Assembly: GCA_009103225.1 (NCBI GenBank)
Contig: RHPI01000277.1
Span: 394,074 to 458,073 of the forward strand
Direction of reading: 5' to 3'
Length of the DNA stretch: 64,000 nucleotides
Source of the DNA: Chlorokybus atmophyticus
Lineage: Eukaryota > Plantae > Mesostigma and Chlorokybus algae
Below, piece by piece: positions 11,439 to 24,530 of this stretch. The notes under the pieces were generated by a model. That model made no database searches and was not told where the DNA came from. It saw only the letters and a program-made list of their open reading frames with translations. The stretch's first letter is position 1, and each line of letters begins with the position of its first letter. The position numbers were made by a program, and so were the translations under genes.

Positions 11439-14400
11439 TGTTGAAGAAGCTAGCAACACATGCAGCTAAGGCTGATGCTGGACATGCACACACACAACTC
11501 TACAGCCGCGAGAGCATACACAAGAGCAACACTTTCACTTGATTACAACTCAAGCATGAGCTTTTATACCCGCTGCAGATACACCTGTCTATAGAGTGGA
11601 GTAGCTACTCCAAAAGCAACTGTGTACGCTACACGTCATGAACTTTAGTGCATGACGTAGCTAACTTCAAGACCTTTCTAACAGTTAAGCCACGCGCCAA
11701 TCGGTGCAGATACCACCGAGTTATGAGTGTTCTTCTACGCGCCTGGAAGTCGCACCTGGAACCTTCTCTTCGACTGGAGTCTCCGCCTAGAACCTTCTTG
11801 AATGGAGTCCGCGCCTGGAACCTTCTGGCGGCCAAACCTTCGGAGTTGACGCCTATGCCTATATGAAGGGCAAGGCTGACCGGATATAGCAATATCCTCA
11901 ACACTCCCACGCGGGCAGCTTGTCCTAATCCTTGAGTCTCTGCTCCTGCATGATCACATGCAAATGCCAAGTCCCAAACAACACGCCTGAAACTTGCTTG
12001 GTGACAACGTTTTTGTCATGAAGTCCGCAAGCATGGCCTCGGTGTTGCAGTACTGGAACTCGACCTCCTTCCTTGTGACTCTGTCACGGACAAAGTGATG
12101 CATGACATCAATGTGCTTTGTCCTTGCTGAGGCGATGGGATGCTTCAGCAACTTGATGGCGCCTTGGTTGTCGCAGTGGACTGTGATGCATGCCATCGAG
12201 TGCTCCAGATCTGCCATATGGATCAGCATCAGCGAAGCCATAATGCCTCCTTTGTAGCTGCTGCTGCTGCCATGTACTCAGCCTCAGTGGATGCCGCTGT
12301 AGTTGGCTGCAGCCTATCGTTCCAGCTCACAATGCCTCCATTCAACTTGAAGACATAGCCGGTGGTGGACCTCCTGCTGTCGAGGTCTCCTGCAAAGTCT
12401 AAGTCGCAGTAGCCCTCCAACTCCGAGCTCCCGCTCCCAAACTTGATGCCAATAGTTGCACTTCCAGCAACATAGCGAAGTACACCCTTTGCAGCCTTCC
12501 AATGCTCCATGCTCGGTGCAGACATGTAGCGAGCAAGGACGCCAACAGCATGTGCAATGTCTGGACGTGTGCACATTGTTTGATAGAGCATGCTGCCTAC
12601 CAGTTCACCGTAGGGGTACTTGACCTTGTCAAGGATCTCCTCATCCTTTGCCTTGACGAGGTGGGTGCCGAGTGCAAGTGGAGTAGACTTAGTCTTTGCC
12701 TCCTTGAGCCCGAACTTGGTGACAAGTCTCTTCACCATCTGCTCCTGACTGATCTTGATGGTGTGCGCCGCTCTGCCGCGCTCAATCACCAAGCCAAGAA
12801 ACCACTTGGCCTCTATAAGATCACGCATTGAGAACGCCTGTTGCAGTGCCTTCTTCGTCTCCTCTAAGTCTTTCATGTGCTTGGCGGTCATAACGATGTC
12901 ATCCACGTACACCAACAGGTACACCTTCTTCTCAGGGTGGAAGAAGAGTCCAGGGTCTACTGAGGACGCCTGTAAGCCAAGTGCTTCCAACTCCTTGATG
13001 AGGCGGATGTGCCACATGTGTGGTGCCTGTCTCAGCCGATACAACGCCTTGATGAGCTTGCAAACAGTGCCTGGCTCCCCTTCTTCGTATCCCGGAGGTT
13101 GTTGGATGTAGACCTCTTCCTCAAGCTCTCCGTAGAGGAAGGCAGTCTTCACGTCAGGATGGTGAAGCTCCAAGTCTTCAGCCGCAACCATGGCCAGCAA
13201 TGTGCGGAATGTGGCATGCTTACTTGCAGGCGCGAAGACCTCATTGAAGTCCACGCCTTCTTGTTGCAAGAAGCCCTGTGCCACGAGCCTTGCCTTGTAG
13301 CGCTTCATGTTGCCTTGACCGTCTCTCTTCACCTTAAAGACCCACTTGACAGGGATTGGTTTCTCGCCTGAAGGTAGCTTCTCGAGTACCCAGGTTTGGT
13401 TGGTATGAGGTGATGCGATCTCCTCATCCATGGCTTGCTGCCACTGCTCTGCATCAGGTGCTTGCAGTGCCTCTTGGTATGTACTCAGCTCCTCTGTGCT
13501 GTCTCCCTCTTGGCACACGCCTGCAAGTGCCTTGTGGTAGAAGTCTGGGCGCTTTCTCTCCCTCTCAGCGTAGCAACGAACAGGCGCCTGCTGCTGCTCG
13601 CCTGAAGACCTTTCAGGGGGCGCCTGAAAGTTCTTTGTTATGATGTCTGCCTCGCCCGAAGCCTCCACTCTCTCAGGAACGGCTTGTGGCTGTGCCTCAT
13701 CTCCATCCTTTGGAAAGAAGCCCGCTTCTGGTAGTGACCCCTCGTGGAACACTACCGCCTCTCTGCAAACGATGACCTTGTGGTCCTCCTCCATTAAGAT
13801 CCTGTACGCCTTTGAGCCTGATTCGTAGCCAACAAACACTCCCTTCTTGCTGACTGGCTCCAACTTGTGCCGTAGCTGCTTTGGCACTAGTGCGTATGGT
13901 GTGCAATCAAACACACGCATACCACCGTGAGAGCTCTTCTATGGAGCTGCACCAGATGTGAGTGGTATGCGTGTGTTTCTCACATCTGGTGCAGCTCCAT
14001 AGAAGAGCTCTCACGGTGTCTTCTGATCAGAGCTCACAGGTGACCAATTGCGGATGTAGTTGACAGTAAGGACTGCCTCCTTCCACAGAAAGTCCTCCAT
14101 CTTGCCATCGTTGAGCATAGCCCGCACACGCTCCAACAGGGTCCGGTTCAGGCGTTCAGCCGCTCCGTTTTGCTGTGGAGTGTAGGGCGCCATTGTCTCA
14201 TGCCTTATGCCTTTGCTGGCGAAGAAGTCCTTGAGCTGGGCGTTGATGTACTCCCCTCCTCGATCACTGCGCATTGCCTTCATCTTCTTGCCTGATTGTG
14301 TCTCTAGCAATGTCACGACGTTGCGCACAGCTCCTTCAACTTCCGACTTCAGAGATAAAGGGTAGTTGTTGGACAGCTTGCTGTGGTCGGCGAGGAAAGT

Positions 14401-16470
14401 TGCAAAGTACCTTACCCCTTCGCCACAACGCGCATAGGCCCGCAAACATGTGTACCAACTTGCCTGGATGTTGACTGCTAGAAGAAGATGACGGGAACGG
14501 CATCCTATGCTGCTTGGCCATGACACAGGATTTACACAGCACACCTGAAGACACCTGAAAGTCTTCCTTACTGACGTGGATGCCCTTTACCATGTCTTTA
14601 GCCACCAGGCGTGTGAGGTTGTTGTAGCCAAGATGCCCGAACCTCCTATGCCAAAGTTCAGCCGTTCCTTCTCCGTCACCACATTGGCCTTGATGCTATA
14701 AGGCTGCTCCACGATGTAGAGCCCTCCTTGCGCGATGCCAACCATATGCACGACCCCATCCATGAGCACAGAGCATCGACCCTCCCGGATGATGATCTCA
14801 GCTCCCACGCGCTCAGCAACCCTGACAGAGAGTAGACTAGCAGCAGCCCAAGGAACGTGTAGAACTTCTCTCAGCAAGACCTCTCTCACACCATCATCGA
14901 CCTTGCAGTTGAGCCGCACTTCACCCACGCCTACAGCCTCCAGCATATGACCACTGAAGCCCTCCACCTTCCTTGTGGTTTGCAGCTTCCTGTAGTCCAT
15001 GACCTCCATGTGTGGTGTCAGGTGCTGATTGCATCCAGACTCTATCGCCCATGATGTGGTAGACATCTCCCTTGATGCAGTGAAGGCAACGTTTTTCTCC
15101 TTGCGTCCGTCGTTGCTATTGCTGGTGGTGCTGGTGCTCGCTCCTTGCTCTCGTTGGCGCTTGCGACAGTCTTTTAAGATGTGACCCTTGAAGCCACAAT
15201 AGTTGCACGTGAGGTTCTTATGCCTGTTGAGGTTGCCACCTCTGCCTTTGTTCTTCTCTTCATGGTTGTAGGGTTTCTTCTTGTTCGTGTAGAAGGCGAC
15301 AGCGTCGGCGTGCTCGTCCTTCTTCACCACACGTTGCTCCACAGTTAGTAACTTGGGCAACACATCGTCAAGGGTCAGCTCCGATGACGATGTCTCTAGC
15401 AGAGTGGTGACGACTTCATACTCTGCTGGTAGTCCTGCCATGATAGCCAGTACGACCTCCGTCTCTCCCATCTGATGGCCGACGTTGTTGAGGTCCGCCC
15501 ACAGCTCTCATGCACGCGCAACATACTTGGTGATGGGCTCGCCACCCTCCTTTTCGAGCGCACTCAGCTGCTTGCGAAGCGTAAGCTTTCTGACGTTGTT
15601 CTTGGCCTGGAACACGGATGCAAGCTTCTCCCAAGCCTGCCTCCCATCTTCACATGCGATGAGCATGGGAAAGTGATGCGGTTTGCAATTCAACACAAGC
15701 AAAGCATGTGCTTTTGCTGAAAGCTCAGACCACACAGTATTCTCCCCTGGTATTGGTGGTGGTGCCTTCGGATCCACGTACTTCCACATCTTCTTGTGGA
15801 TGAGCAGCGCCTTCTCCACACACCATGTGCTGTAGTTGTCGTTGTCCAACTTTGCGATCAACCCCTTGTCGTAGCTAGTCTCCATTTTTGCCGCGCCTGC
15901 TCCTCTCTGGCAGTTGGCACCCAAGACTCTGCTACTTACAAGCTACCGTGGTGTAGTACTAGAAATGTCTGCTTCTATCACACCCTTGACACGTGGTGTG
16001 GGCCCATAACCTGTTGAAGAAGCTAGCAACACATGTAGCTAAGGCTGATGCTGGACATGCACACACACAACTCTACAGCCGCGAGAACATACACAAGAGC
16101 AACACTTTCACTTGATTACAACTCAAGCATGGGCTTTTATACCCGCTGCAGATACACCTGTCTACTCTAACAGCAACTGTGTACGCTACACGTCACCCAT
16201 CATCATGAACTTAAGTGCATGACGTAGCTAACTTCAAGACCTTTCTAACAGCTAAGCCACGCACCAATCGGTGCAGTAACCACCGAGTTATGAGTGTTCT
16301 TCTACGCGCCTGGAAGTCGCGCCTGGAACCTTCTCTTCAACTGGAGTCTCCGCCTAGAACCTTCTTGAATGGAGTCCGCGCCTGGAACCTTCTGGCGGCC
16401 AAACCTTCGGAGTTGACGCCTATGCCTATATGAAGGGCAAGGCTGACCGGATATAGAAATATCTTTAACA
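11439..16470 (-). mobile_element. Full-length Ty1/Copia element 1 (decayed)
   Basis: LTRs 11439-11903 and 16012-16470; perfect TSD CCGCG; PBS GGTTATGGGCCCAC (rc of 15998-16011); PPT next to 11904. gag-pol 11954-15885 has a CCHC knuckle, SDRGGEY, GAAERLNRTL, YVDD, YCDLDFAGD; frameshifted. Confidence 0.97.
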
Positions 16471-16546
16471 CCGCGCGCCCTGTCGACTTCCCCACGTCGC
16501 TGGCTTTGGCAAGATCCAGCACACCCGACCGCTGCGAAGCACCCGC

Positions 16547-16710
16547 TGCGAGAAATGTGGCAGTGCCGACAACAACCCGGTAATGCTGCTATGCAAAGGC
16601 TGCAACAAAGGCATGCACTGTTACGGCCTTCACCCTCCATTGTACAAGATGCCGCTGTGGGAGTATTGATGCGATGACTGCCGCATCAATGGTCCCCCAC
16701 ACAGTCGGTA
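16547..16710 (+). pseudogene. PHD finger at the C-terminus of the Gypsy integrase
   Basis: CEKCGSADNNPVMLLCKGCNKGMHCYGLHPPLYKMPLWEY*CDDC fits C4HC3 spacing with two lesions (C>G, W>stop). In frame with the integrase tail 11240-11438 after removing Copia 1. Confidence 0.85.
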
Positions 16711-16757
16711 AACGCTGAGTCCTGGAGCAGAAGGCTACCCCAGAACTTTAGGGGGGG

Positions 16758-17539
16758 TGGCTTGACTGTGTGTACTACAGCACAGTAGCTACAGTAAGGG
16801 GGAGAGCGTCACCAGCTCTACTACTAATCAGATCCTCACATAGGTTCAACCCCGAGCCTATGCCTATGTCTGAGGGGTTGTCTTTGTTTGTGTTACTCTA
16901 ATGCTGCTCGCAGCACCAGCCCACGGCATGAGCGCTTGTTTGCAGTGTGTGCAAGACGGCGTGAACCTCGACCATGGCAGGCACAACAGCTGTCATGCCA
17001 ACTACCCTCGCATGCCAGTCCTCCTTGAGCATGCATACATCCAGCCCTAAGCCCGGGCTACCAGCATGAAGACCGCGCACGCCCTAGTCTACTGCTAGCT
17101 ACTTCGTGTAGCATGTAGCTAGGGCTACGCTATAGACCTCTCTGTAGGAACCACGCGTAGCTAATCAGTTAGGAATCTACTATCAGCTCATGTGCTATAT
17201 CAAGTCTTAGGACATTTCCGTAGTAGCATACGGCCTCGATGTGACTGTTGGCCTAGTGCCCGCGTGGCATTGCACAATTATGGTTTGACATGTATAAGTA
17301 AAAGGTCATGTTATTAAAGTCATCAGTGACATTGTAAGTGAGTACTAAGGGTAGAGACTCATAAGAGCTTGTGAAGCGACTTGAACTGGAAGCATACCGT
17401 CGCGGTTGTCAGGGACTGCCTTACCACGTGAGATACAGTGTATGCCCTTGTGCGCTGTGCTTGTCATTGCTGTGAGCTTGGCGGTGGCGTGTTTGCTGCA
17501 TCAATCAGAACATAGCAACTCTGAGTTGCTTGTTCATTC
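16758..17539 (+). mobile_element. 5' part of the 3' LTR of the Gypsy-PHD element (continues after Copia 2 at 22547)
   Basis: Follows the integrase stop and the AGGGGGGG PPT; starts TG; non-coding. Confidence 0.65.
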
Positions 17540-20500
17540 TGTGGAGATAGCATGATTTGCAGTGTTTCTCTATATATATAGCATATGACACTTATTGTCA
17601 TATGCTATATTCTATACCATTCAGCTTAGCTAGCCCTATTGTAGCTTATTAAGCTGGTACTTAATAAGCTACTGATAGACTGCAGTTGCATGTATAGGCT
17701 GCAGGCAGTTAGGACAGGTACAGTCTGGTTTGGTCTTTGGTAGGACCCAGACTGAGGGCTTTAAGCCAACATGCCGCGGGTTATTGAGTTAGTTTACTTC
17801 TCTGGTCACTTCATTGGCGGTGTAGCTCTGCTCTTACCACTGTGCTGTGTATGCTTGTTGGGCACGGTTGCATGTAGCATCTCTAGTCAACAGGTTATGG
17901 GCCCACATCTACGTGTGTAGAGCTAGCTACTATGAGAGAGTGTTCTTCTCTCTGTGTGAGGTTGTTGGAGCTATTAGCTGAGAGCCTCAGAGATCTAGCG
18001 AACAAGCAGGAGGTCTGTGGGGTGCAGCTATGAAGTTCAGCCAGCAAGAAGACAGCAGGATGGCAACCATTGGATAAGAAAAAGAGAAGTTCACTATCAA
18101 ACCTTTGGGAGATGACAACTATACTAGCTGGAGCTTTGGGATGAGGATGAAACTCATCTACAAAGAGCTGTGGGACTACGTTGACTTAAAGGGGAGTGCG
18201 CCAACTGGTAACGAGTATGCATGGATGCGAAGCAGTTTGCGTGCTTTGGCTTTGATGAGTATGCACGTTGAGCCATTTTATAGGCCGCTGCATCAGATGC
18301 AATTTGATGCCAAGCATGCATGGGAAGCTTTGGAAAATATGTTCTCTACACGCTTTGTTAGTCGTAAGATTGAGCTGAAGCAAGCGTTCAACAAGATGAG
18401 GAAGCTTGCTAGTGAGACAGTTACAGAGTATTTTGGACGTGCACAAAAACTCAAATATATATAATATAGAATAGATATATAATATAGAAGATTGAGTCTC
18501 AGAGGATGATCTGTGCTTAAACGTGTTGTCTGGGTTGCCACGAGAGTTTGAGATTGTTGTGATCATGTTGGAGGGTATCAGTACCAATCAAAAGCGGTCC
18601 CTTAAGGAGATTTTGCCAATCATGTTGAAGGCAGAATTAATAATCAAGGGCAACGAGGCTAATGGAGAGTCTAATTCGCTCGCTGCTCGAGCGCAGTCAT
18701 CTGGAGGAGCTAGTACAAGCAACAACAACAATGGCAACAGGAGTGGAGATCAAAAGAAGCAGAAGTAGCCTTCAAAGGGGAAGTGCTTCCATTGCGACCA
18801 AGTTGGGCACATGAAGAGTAGCTGTTAGCAGCTAAGTTCAGCAAAGGGCAACACAGGGTGGACAGAGAGGAGTGGGTGAAGCTGTTGCCTTCACAGCATC
18901 CACAGAAAGCCAGATATTTAGGTGGGTGTTTGATTCGGTTGTACGCAGCATCTTACTTCAGATGCAAGGCCGCTACAAAACTACAAGGTTCAGACCAGTC
19001 CCCGCACTGTGGAGGTACTTGCTGGGAGCCTAGAGGTAGTGGGAACAGGCCAGGCAGTGCTTCAATGCAAGGTGATAGAAGGTGTGTACAGGGTGGAGCT
19101 GAAGAAGGTTTTTCATGTCCCACGTGCACAGGCTAGCCTCGTCTCCATGAAGGTTGCGTTGAAGCTGGAGCTGATCTGTCAGGAAAAGGAGCAGAGGTCT
19201 GTCTGCGTGTTGATGGCAAGGTGTGTCTCATCGCGAAGGAACAGCAAGACGGGCTCTACCTGATAGAAGAAGCTGAGATTGACAAGGCGCTGGTGGCGAC
19301 AGTTCCTGATTCAGCTGAACTTTGACATTGAGGGTTTGGACACCTTGGGTATGACAACCTTCATTGTCTGGTGGCTGAAGATCTGGTTAGAGGCATTAAT
19401 GTGAGCAAGGCGCAGATCGAATAGTTCAGAGGTGTGTTGTGCGAGCCATGTGTGCTGTCCAAGATGCATAGGCAACCTTTACAGAAGACTGAGAGCGTCA
19501 GCAAGCACGTCGGACAGTTGGTGCAGACAGATGTGTGTGGTCCGTTATCAGAGCCATCGAAGGGGTCAGCATCCTACATTGTCACCTGCCTTGATGACTT
19601 CTCCAAGCTGTCATTGGTGCGTCCTGTGAAGCTTAAATCAGATGTCTCAGCTGTGGTGAAAGAGTTGGTACTGTGGTTGAAGAATGTGTCTGGCAAATCT
19701 GTGAAGACAGTCAGAAGTGACAGGGGAGGGGAGTACCTGAACAAGGAGCTGTCTGCATTATAATCTTTACAAGGCACTGTGCATCAGACAACAGCCCCGT
19801 ACACTCCACAGCAAAATGGTGCAGCAGAGCGGCTGAATCTGACTTTGATGGAGAGAGTTCGTGCTATGCTGAGTGATGCAAGGTTGGAGTATTGCTGGTG
19901 GGCAGAAGCGGTGTTGACAGCCAACTGCATCAGGAGTAGATCGCCAGTGCGTGCTCAAGCAAAGACTCCGTGGGAGCTGTTCTTCGTGAAGGCTCCATAC
20001 ATTAGCACTATGCGATTGTTTGGCTGCACTGCATATGTGATGCCACCCAAGCAGCAAAGGAAGAAGCTGGACCCGGTCAGCAAGAAAGGTGTCTTCCTTG
20101 GCTATGAGCCTGACTCCAAGGCTTATAGGGTGCTGCTGGAGGATACTCAAAAGATTGTGATCAGCAGAGAAGTTGTATTCATGAAGCCGTGGGAGCACAG
20201 CAACTGCAGAAGATCAGTGACAGCGATTCATCAGAAGATGAATGCACTGATGATGATAAACAACAGCCTGAGTCCAGTACAGCAACAACTGTTTCATATC
20301 TGGTGGACAGTGGTTCTGATTTAAAAAGGGAGCTCAGCCTTGAGAAAATGAGCGCTGCGCGCAGAGATGAGAGGAGTCATCATCAGCAGCAAAACCAACA
20401 ACAAGGCATGGGGCATTGTCCTAGGCGCAATAGGAAGGGTCCTGTTCGTTTCCATGAGGAGTTTTGATATATGGCAGGCTCAGCTGTATGAAGTGTGGAG

Positions 20501-22541
20501 CCAGCGACATATGAAAAAGCACTCCCGAAGATTGATGCAGACATTTGGCGTCAGGCAATGGATGAAAAGATAGCCTCGCTGCATGCCAATGCGACATGGG
20601 AACTTGAAGTTCCACCTGCAGGGGTCAAGCTTTTGAGGACTGATGCAGACAGTTGGCGTCAGGCAATGGATGAAGAGATAGCCTCGCTGCATGCCAATGC
20701 GACATGGGAACTTGAAATTCCACCTGCAGGGGTAAAGCCTATTCCTGTCAAGTGGGTGTTCAAGGTGAAGAGGGATGGCAATGGCAACATTAAAAGGTAC
20801 AAAGCCAGATTGGTTGCCAAAGGGTTTCTGCAGCAAGAAGGAGTGGACTTCAATGAGGTGTTTACACCTGCGGGGAAGTCGGCAACCTTCAGAGCTATGG
20901 TGGCAATCGTGTAAGCAAACAACCTGGAGTTCCATCACTTGAATGTCAAGACAGCGTTTCCGTATGGGGAGCTGGAGGAGAGAATGTACGTCCAGCAACC
21001 AAAAGGGTATCAGGAGGGGCCACCTGGTACAGCATGCAGATTGGTGAAAGCATTGTTTGGCTTGAAGCAGGCACCACGGGTGTGGCATGCAAGATTGTGC
21101 AAGGAGCTCCAGAAGCAGGGGTTTACTGCAAGTTTGGCAGATCCAAGCTTGTTCAACCACGAGAGCAAGCAAGTGTGGCTGTTGGTGTACGTGGACGACA
21201 TTCTGATTGCAACGTCAGAAATGTCTGGAGTGCAGTGAGTGAAGATTCAGCTTCAGGCTGTGTTCAAGTGCAGAGACTTGGGCGAGACAACATACTTTCT
21301 CGGTATGGTTGTCACCAGAGATAAAATTGCTGGAACCATCACCATTTTGCAAGAGCAAGCGGTAAGCAGCTGGTGACAAAGTTTGGTCTCGACAATGCGA
21401 ATGTCAGAGAGGTGCCACTGAGCGTGGGAGTTCAGTTGGTGAGAGCACTGAACAGTGATAAAGAGCTGGGCAAAGCAAAGTATCCCCACTGTGAGCATGT
21501 GGGGAGCCTTCTCTACCTGTCCATTGCGTCTCGGCCTGACATTGCACATGATGTGGGACAATTGGCAAGGTACATGTCTGCCCCAATAATGCATCATTGG
21601 TTGGCAGCAAAGGAGTACTGCGCTACTTGTCAAGGACAGCAACAGTTGGCGTCCAGTATGGGTGGGGCAACCAGGAGTTGCAAGGCTACTGTGATGCAGA
21701 GTATGCTGGTGACCTAGATACCAGAAGGTCAACCACTGGATATGTCTTCAAGCTAAATGGTGGAGTGGTTAGCTGGAACAGCAAGCTGCAACCGACAGTA
21801 GCAGCTTTCACTACAGAAGCAGAGTACATGGCCTCTGCAGCAGCGGCGCAGGAGGCATTGTGGCTTAGACAACTGCTAGAAGACCTTGGTCATCCATGTG
21901 GAAGCGTGGAGATGTCCTGTGACAACCAAGGAGCAGAGAAGCTACCAAAGCATCCCATTTTCTCGACCAGGAGCAAGCACATTGATGTGCACCATCACTT
22001 TGTGAGAGACAGAGGGGCGAGGAGCGAGATTGAGTTTGTTTTCTGTGGCACTGAGGAGATGCTGGCTGACTTCATGACGAAGGCACTGTCTGTGAAGAAG
22101 TTCAAGGCATGCTGTGACGGACTGGGCATCAGGACAGTGAAAATGAAGACAAAGAAGACCAAGTTCTGAAGATGCACAGCTGGCCAAGCTGCCTGCGTGG
22201 GAGTGTGGAGAATATAGCATGATTTGCAGTGTTCTCTACATGTATAGCATATGACACTTATGTGCTACTGTCCAGTCAGCTTAGCTAGCCCTATTGTAGC
22301 TTATTAAGCTGGTACTTGATAACTACTTATAGACTGCAGTTGCATGTATAGGCTGCAGGCAGTTAGGACTGGTACAGTCTGGACTTTGGTAGGACCCAGA
22401 GAGAGGGCCCAGAGCCAACATGCCATGGGTTATCGAGTTGATTCACTTCTCTAGTCACTTTATTGGCGGCATAGCTCTGCTCTTACCACTGTGCTGTGTA
22501 TGCTTGTTGTGCATGGTTGCATGCAGCATCTCTAGTCAACA
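17540..22541 (+). mobile_element. Full-length Ty1/Copia element 2 (decayed)
   Basis: LTRs 17540-17892 and 22204-22541; perfect TSD CATTC; PBS GGTTATGGGCCCAC at 17893; PPT ending GTGGGAG before 22204; SDRGGEY, YVDD, NSKLQPTVA; many frameshifts. Confidence 0.96.
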
Positions 22542-22616
22542 CATTCACCTCACTTAATAATGTAATACATCATACACTCATGCAAAAAACTGTGTATACA
22601 GCACTACCTATTCTAG

Positions 22617-22858
22617 TGGCTTGTTGACTGTGTGTGACTACAGCACAGTGGGTACAGTAAGGGGAAGAGCGTCACCAGCTCTACTACTGATCAGATCCTC
22701 ACATAGGTTCATCCCCGAGCCTATGCCTATGTCTGGGGGGTTGTCTTTGTTTGTGTTGCTCTAATGCTGCGCGCAGCACCAGCATGCCCACGGCATGAGC
22801 GCTTGTCTGCAGTGTGTCCGAGACGGCGTGACCCTCAACCATAGCAGGCACGACAACA
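22617..22858 (+). repeat. Second copy of the first ~240 bp of the Gypsy LTR (16758-~16990)
   Basis: Near-identical TGGCTTG..ACTGTGTG..CAGATCCTCACATAGGTT..GGCAC(G)ACAACA; no TSD found. Confidence 0.85.
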
Positions 22859-23592
22859 TGCACACTAGTTTGTGCGCTGGCTTGAGCTTATGGAGCCCGT
22901 GGGCTTGACGTAATTCATAAGAAGCCATAATTACCATTATGGCTTAGACGGTCGGACCCTCGTCCTTACATTTATCGTATGCATGTGAAATGCAACATTT
23001 TTGAGATGTTGTTGGGGTTGCATTTTGAATGCAACCGTAATGATGATGACCTTCTGTAGGATGCATGCTCTGGGGGTGTGGCAGGTGCGTTTGCTGCTGC
23101 CTATACTACTTTGATGCCGTTGCACTCACTTAGTGTCGTCATAGCATAGGCCCCCTTGCCCTTAGTGCTAATGTGTTGATATGAGCGGCCCTCTGTTTGT
23201 TTGAGTGCGTGGCTTGTGCTTGGGTGTGTTAGCACGCACTGCATTGCACACAACCTGCTACCTGGCCCCTACTTGCTACCTGGCCCGTCAAGGCTTCACA
23301 TTTATAATTATGCATGCATGCCGGCCTGCACAAACCACTACTATGACTTATACCTTAAACAGGAATGTATGCTTGCATGTGCGTGTCCGTGTACAAAAAT
23401 GCAGTGCACATACATAGAAACTGCATGCTTGCGCGTGCGTGCGCGCATGTGTGAGACCAAGCATGCGCATACACAAGGTAATGTGTGATTAGGTGTGTCA
23501 CAGCGCAGCCCGAGTGCCAGCCATGTCCAACAGTGACATTGCGTCTGATGACTGGCGGCACAGTCCAACCCCAATTCTGGTGGTGGCCAAAC

Positions 23593-23738
<146 letters not shown>

Positions 23739-24530
23739 AAGCGCGCGCGCGCGGGGCGGGCCACCCAGTGGCGCAGGCATATTGCAGCGCGTAACACGCG
23801 TACATTGTGTAAACCTACAGTTGTACAAAAGAACCGGGAGGGGATTGACTGCGTGCAACGCATGCCAACACACACACGCATACAACATAGCACCGCCAGC
23901 AGTGTGCGATGGACCCCACAACACACTTGCTACCCCACCCCCCGCACCCCTCCACCCACCCCTCCACTCAACCCGTAGCGTAGCGTGTGGCCAAACGTAG
24001 CTTGCGCTTGAGAGTGTGTGGGTTGGAGGCAGGAGGGCAATGCAGGCGCGATAGTTGGTGCACTTTATCTCCAATATACAGCAGCGGACAGGCCATTATC
24101 AAGTGCTTTCCATACAGCAGTATGTTACATAGGTTAAACTGGGAGCAGGTATGACAAACACGCTCACATAAGTGTACTACTGATAACTGGCAGCACTGAG
24201 CAAGGACACCGTACGTCACCGTCATCATATTACCTAGGTATGTGCACATTTACCCGCATACGCACAAAATAAGTCCCATATAAGCAGCATGCAATCAATG
24301 CAACCCTATGTGCGTGCAACCTTACAGTCCGCACCACATTGGCTCAAGTGCACAAGTCCCATACCAGAATTGCATGTGCTAGCTGTTGCTACTGCCCACA
24401 TACATGTGATGCATCCTTTGCAGAGCACTGCACAATTAGCAATGCTCACAGCAGCAAAGCTGACAACAGCGGCTCAGGAAGTGTACAGCCAGTGAGAGAA
24501 TCCTGAACATACAGTCTTTGCTTACCGCGG

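Larger units (their letters stand above)
359..22570 (+). mobile_element. Degenerate Ty3/Gypsy LTR retrotransposon with PHD-finger integrase tail, split by nested insertions (~6.7 kb when inserts are removed; right end approximate)
   Basis: Colinear gag-like ORFs, protease, RT (YIDD), RNase H, integrase, PHD, PPT (16750-16757) and LTR start TG at 16758. Frames rejoin across the TSDs at 6232/11219 and 11434/16471. Confidence 0.85.
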
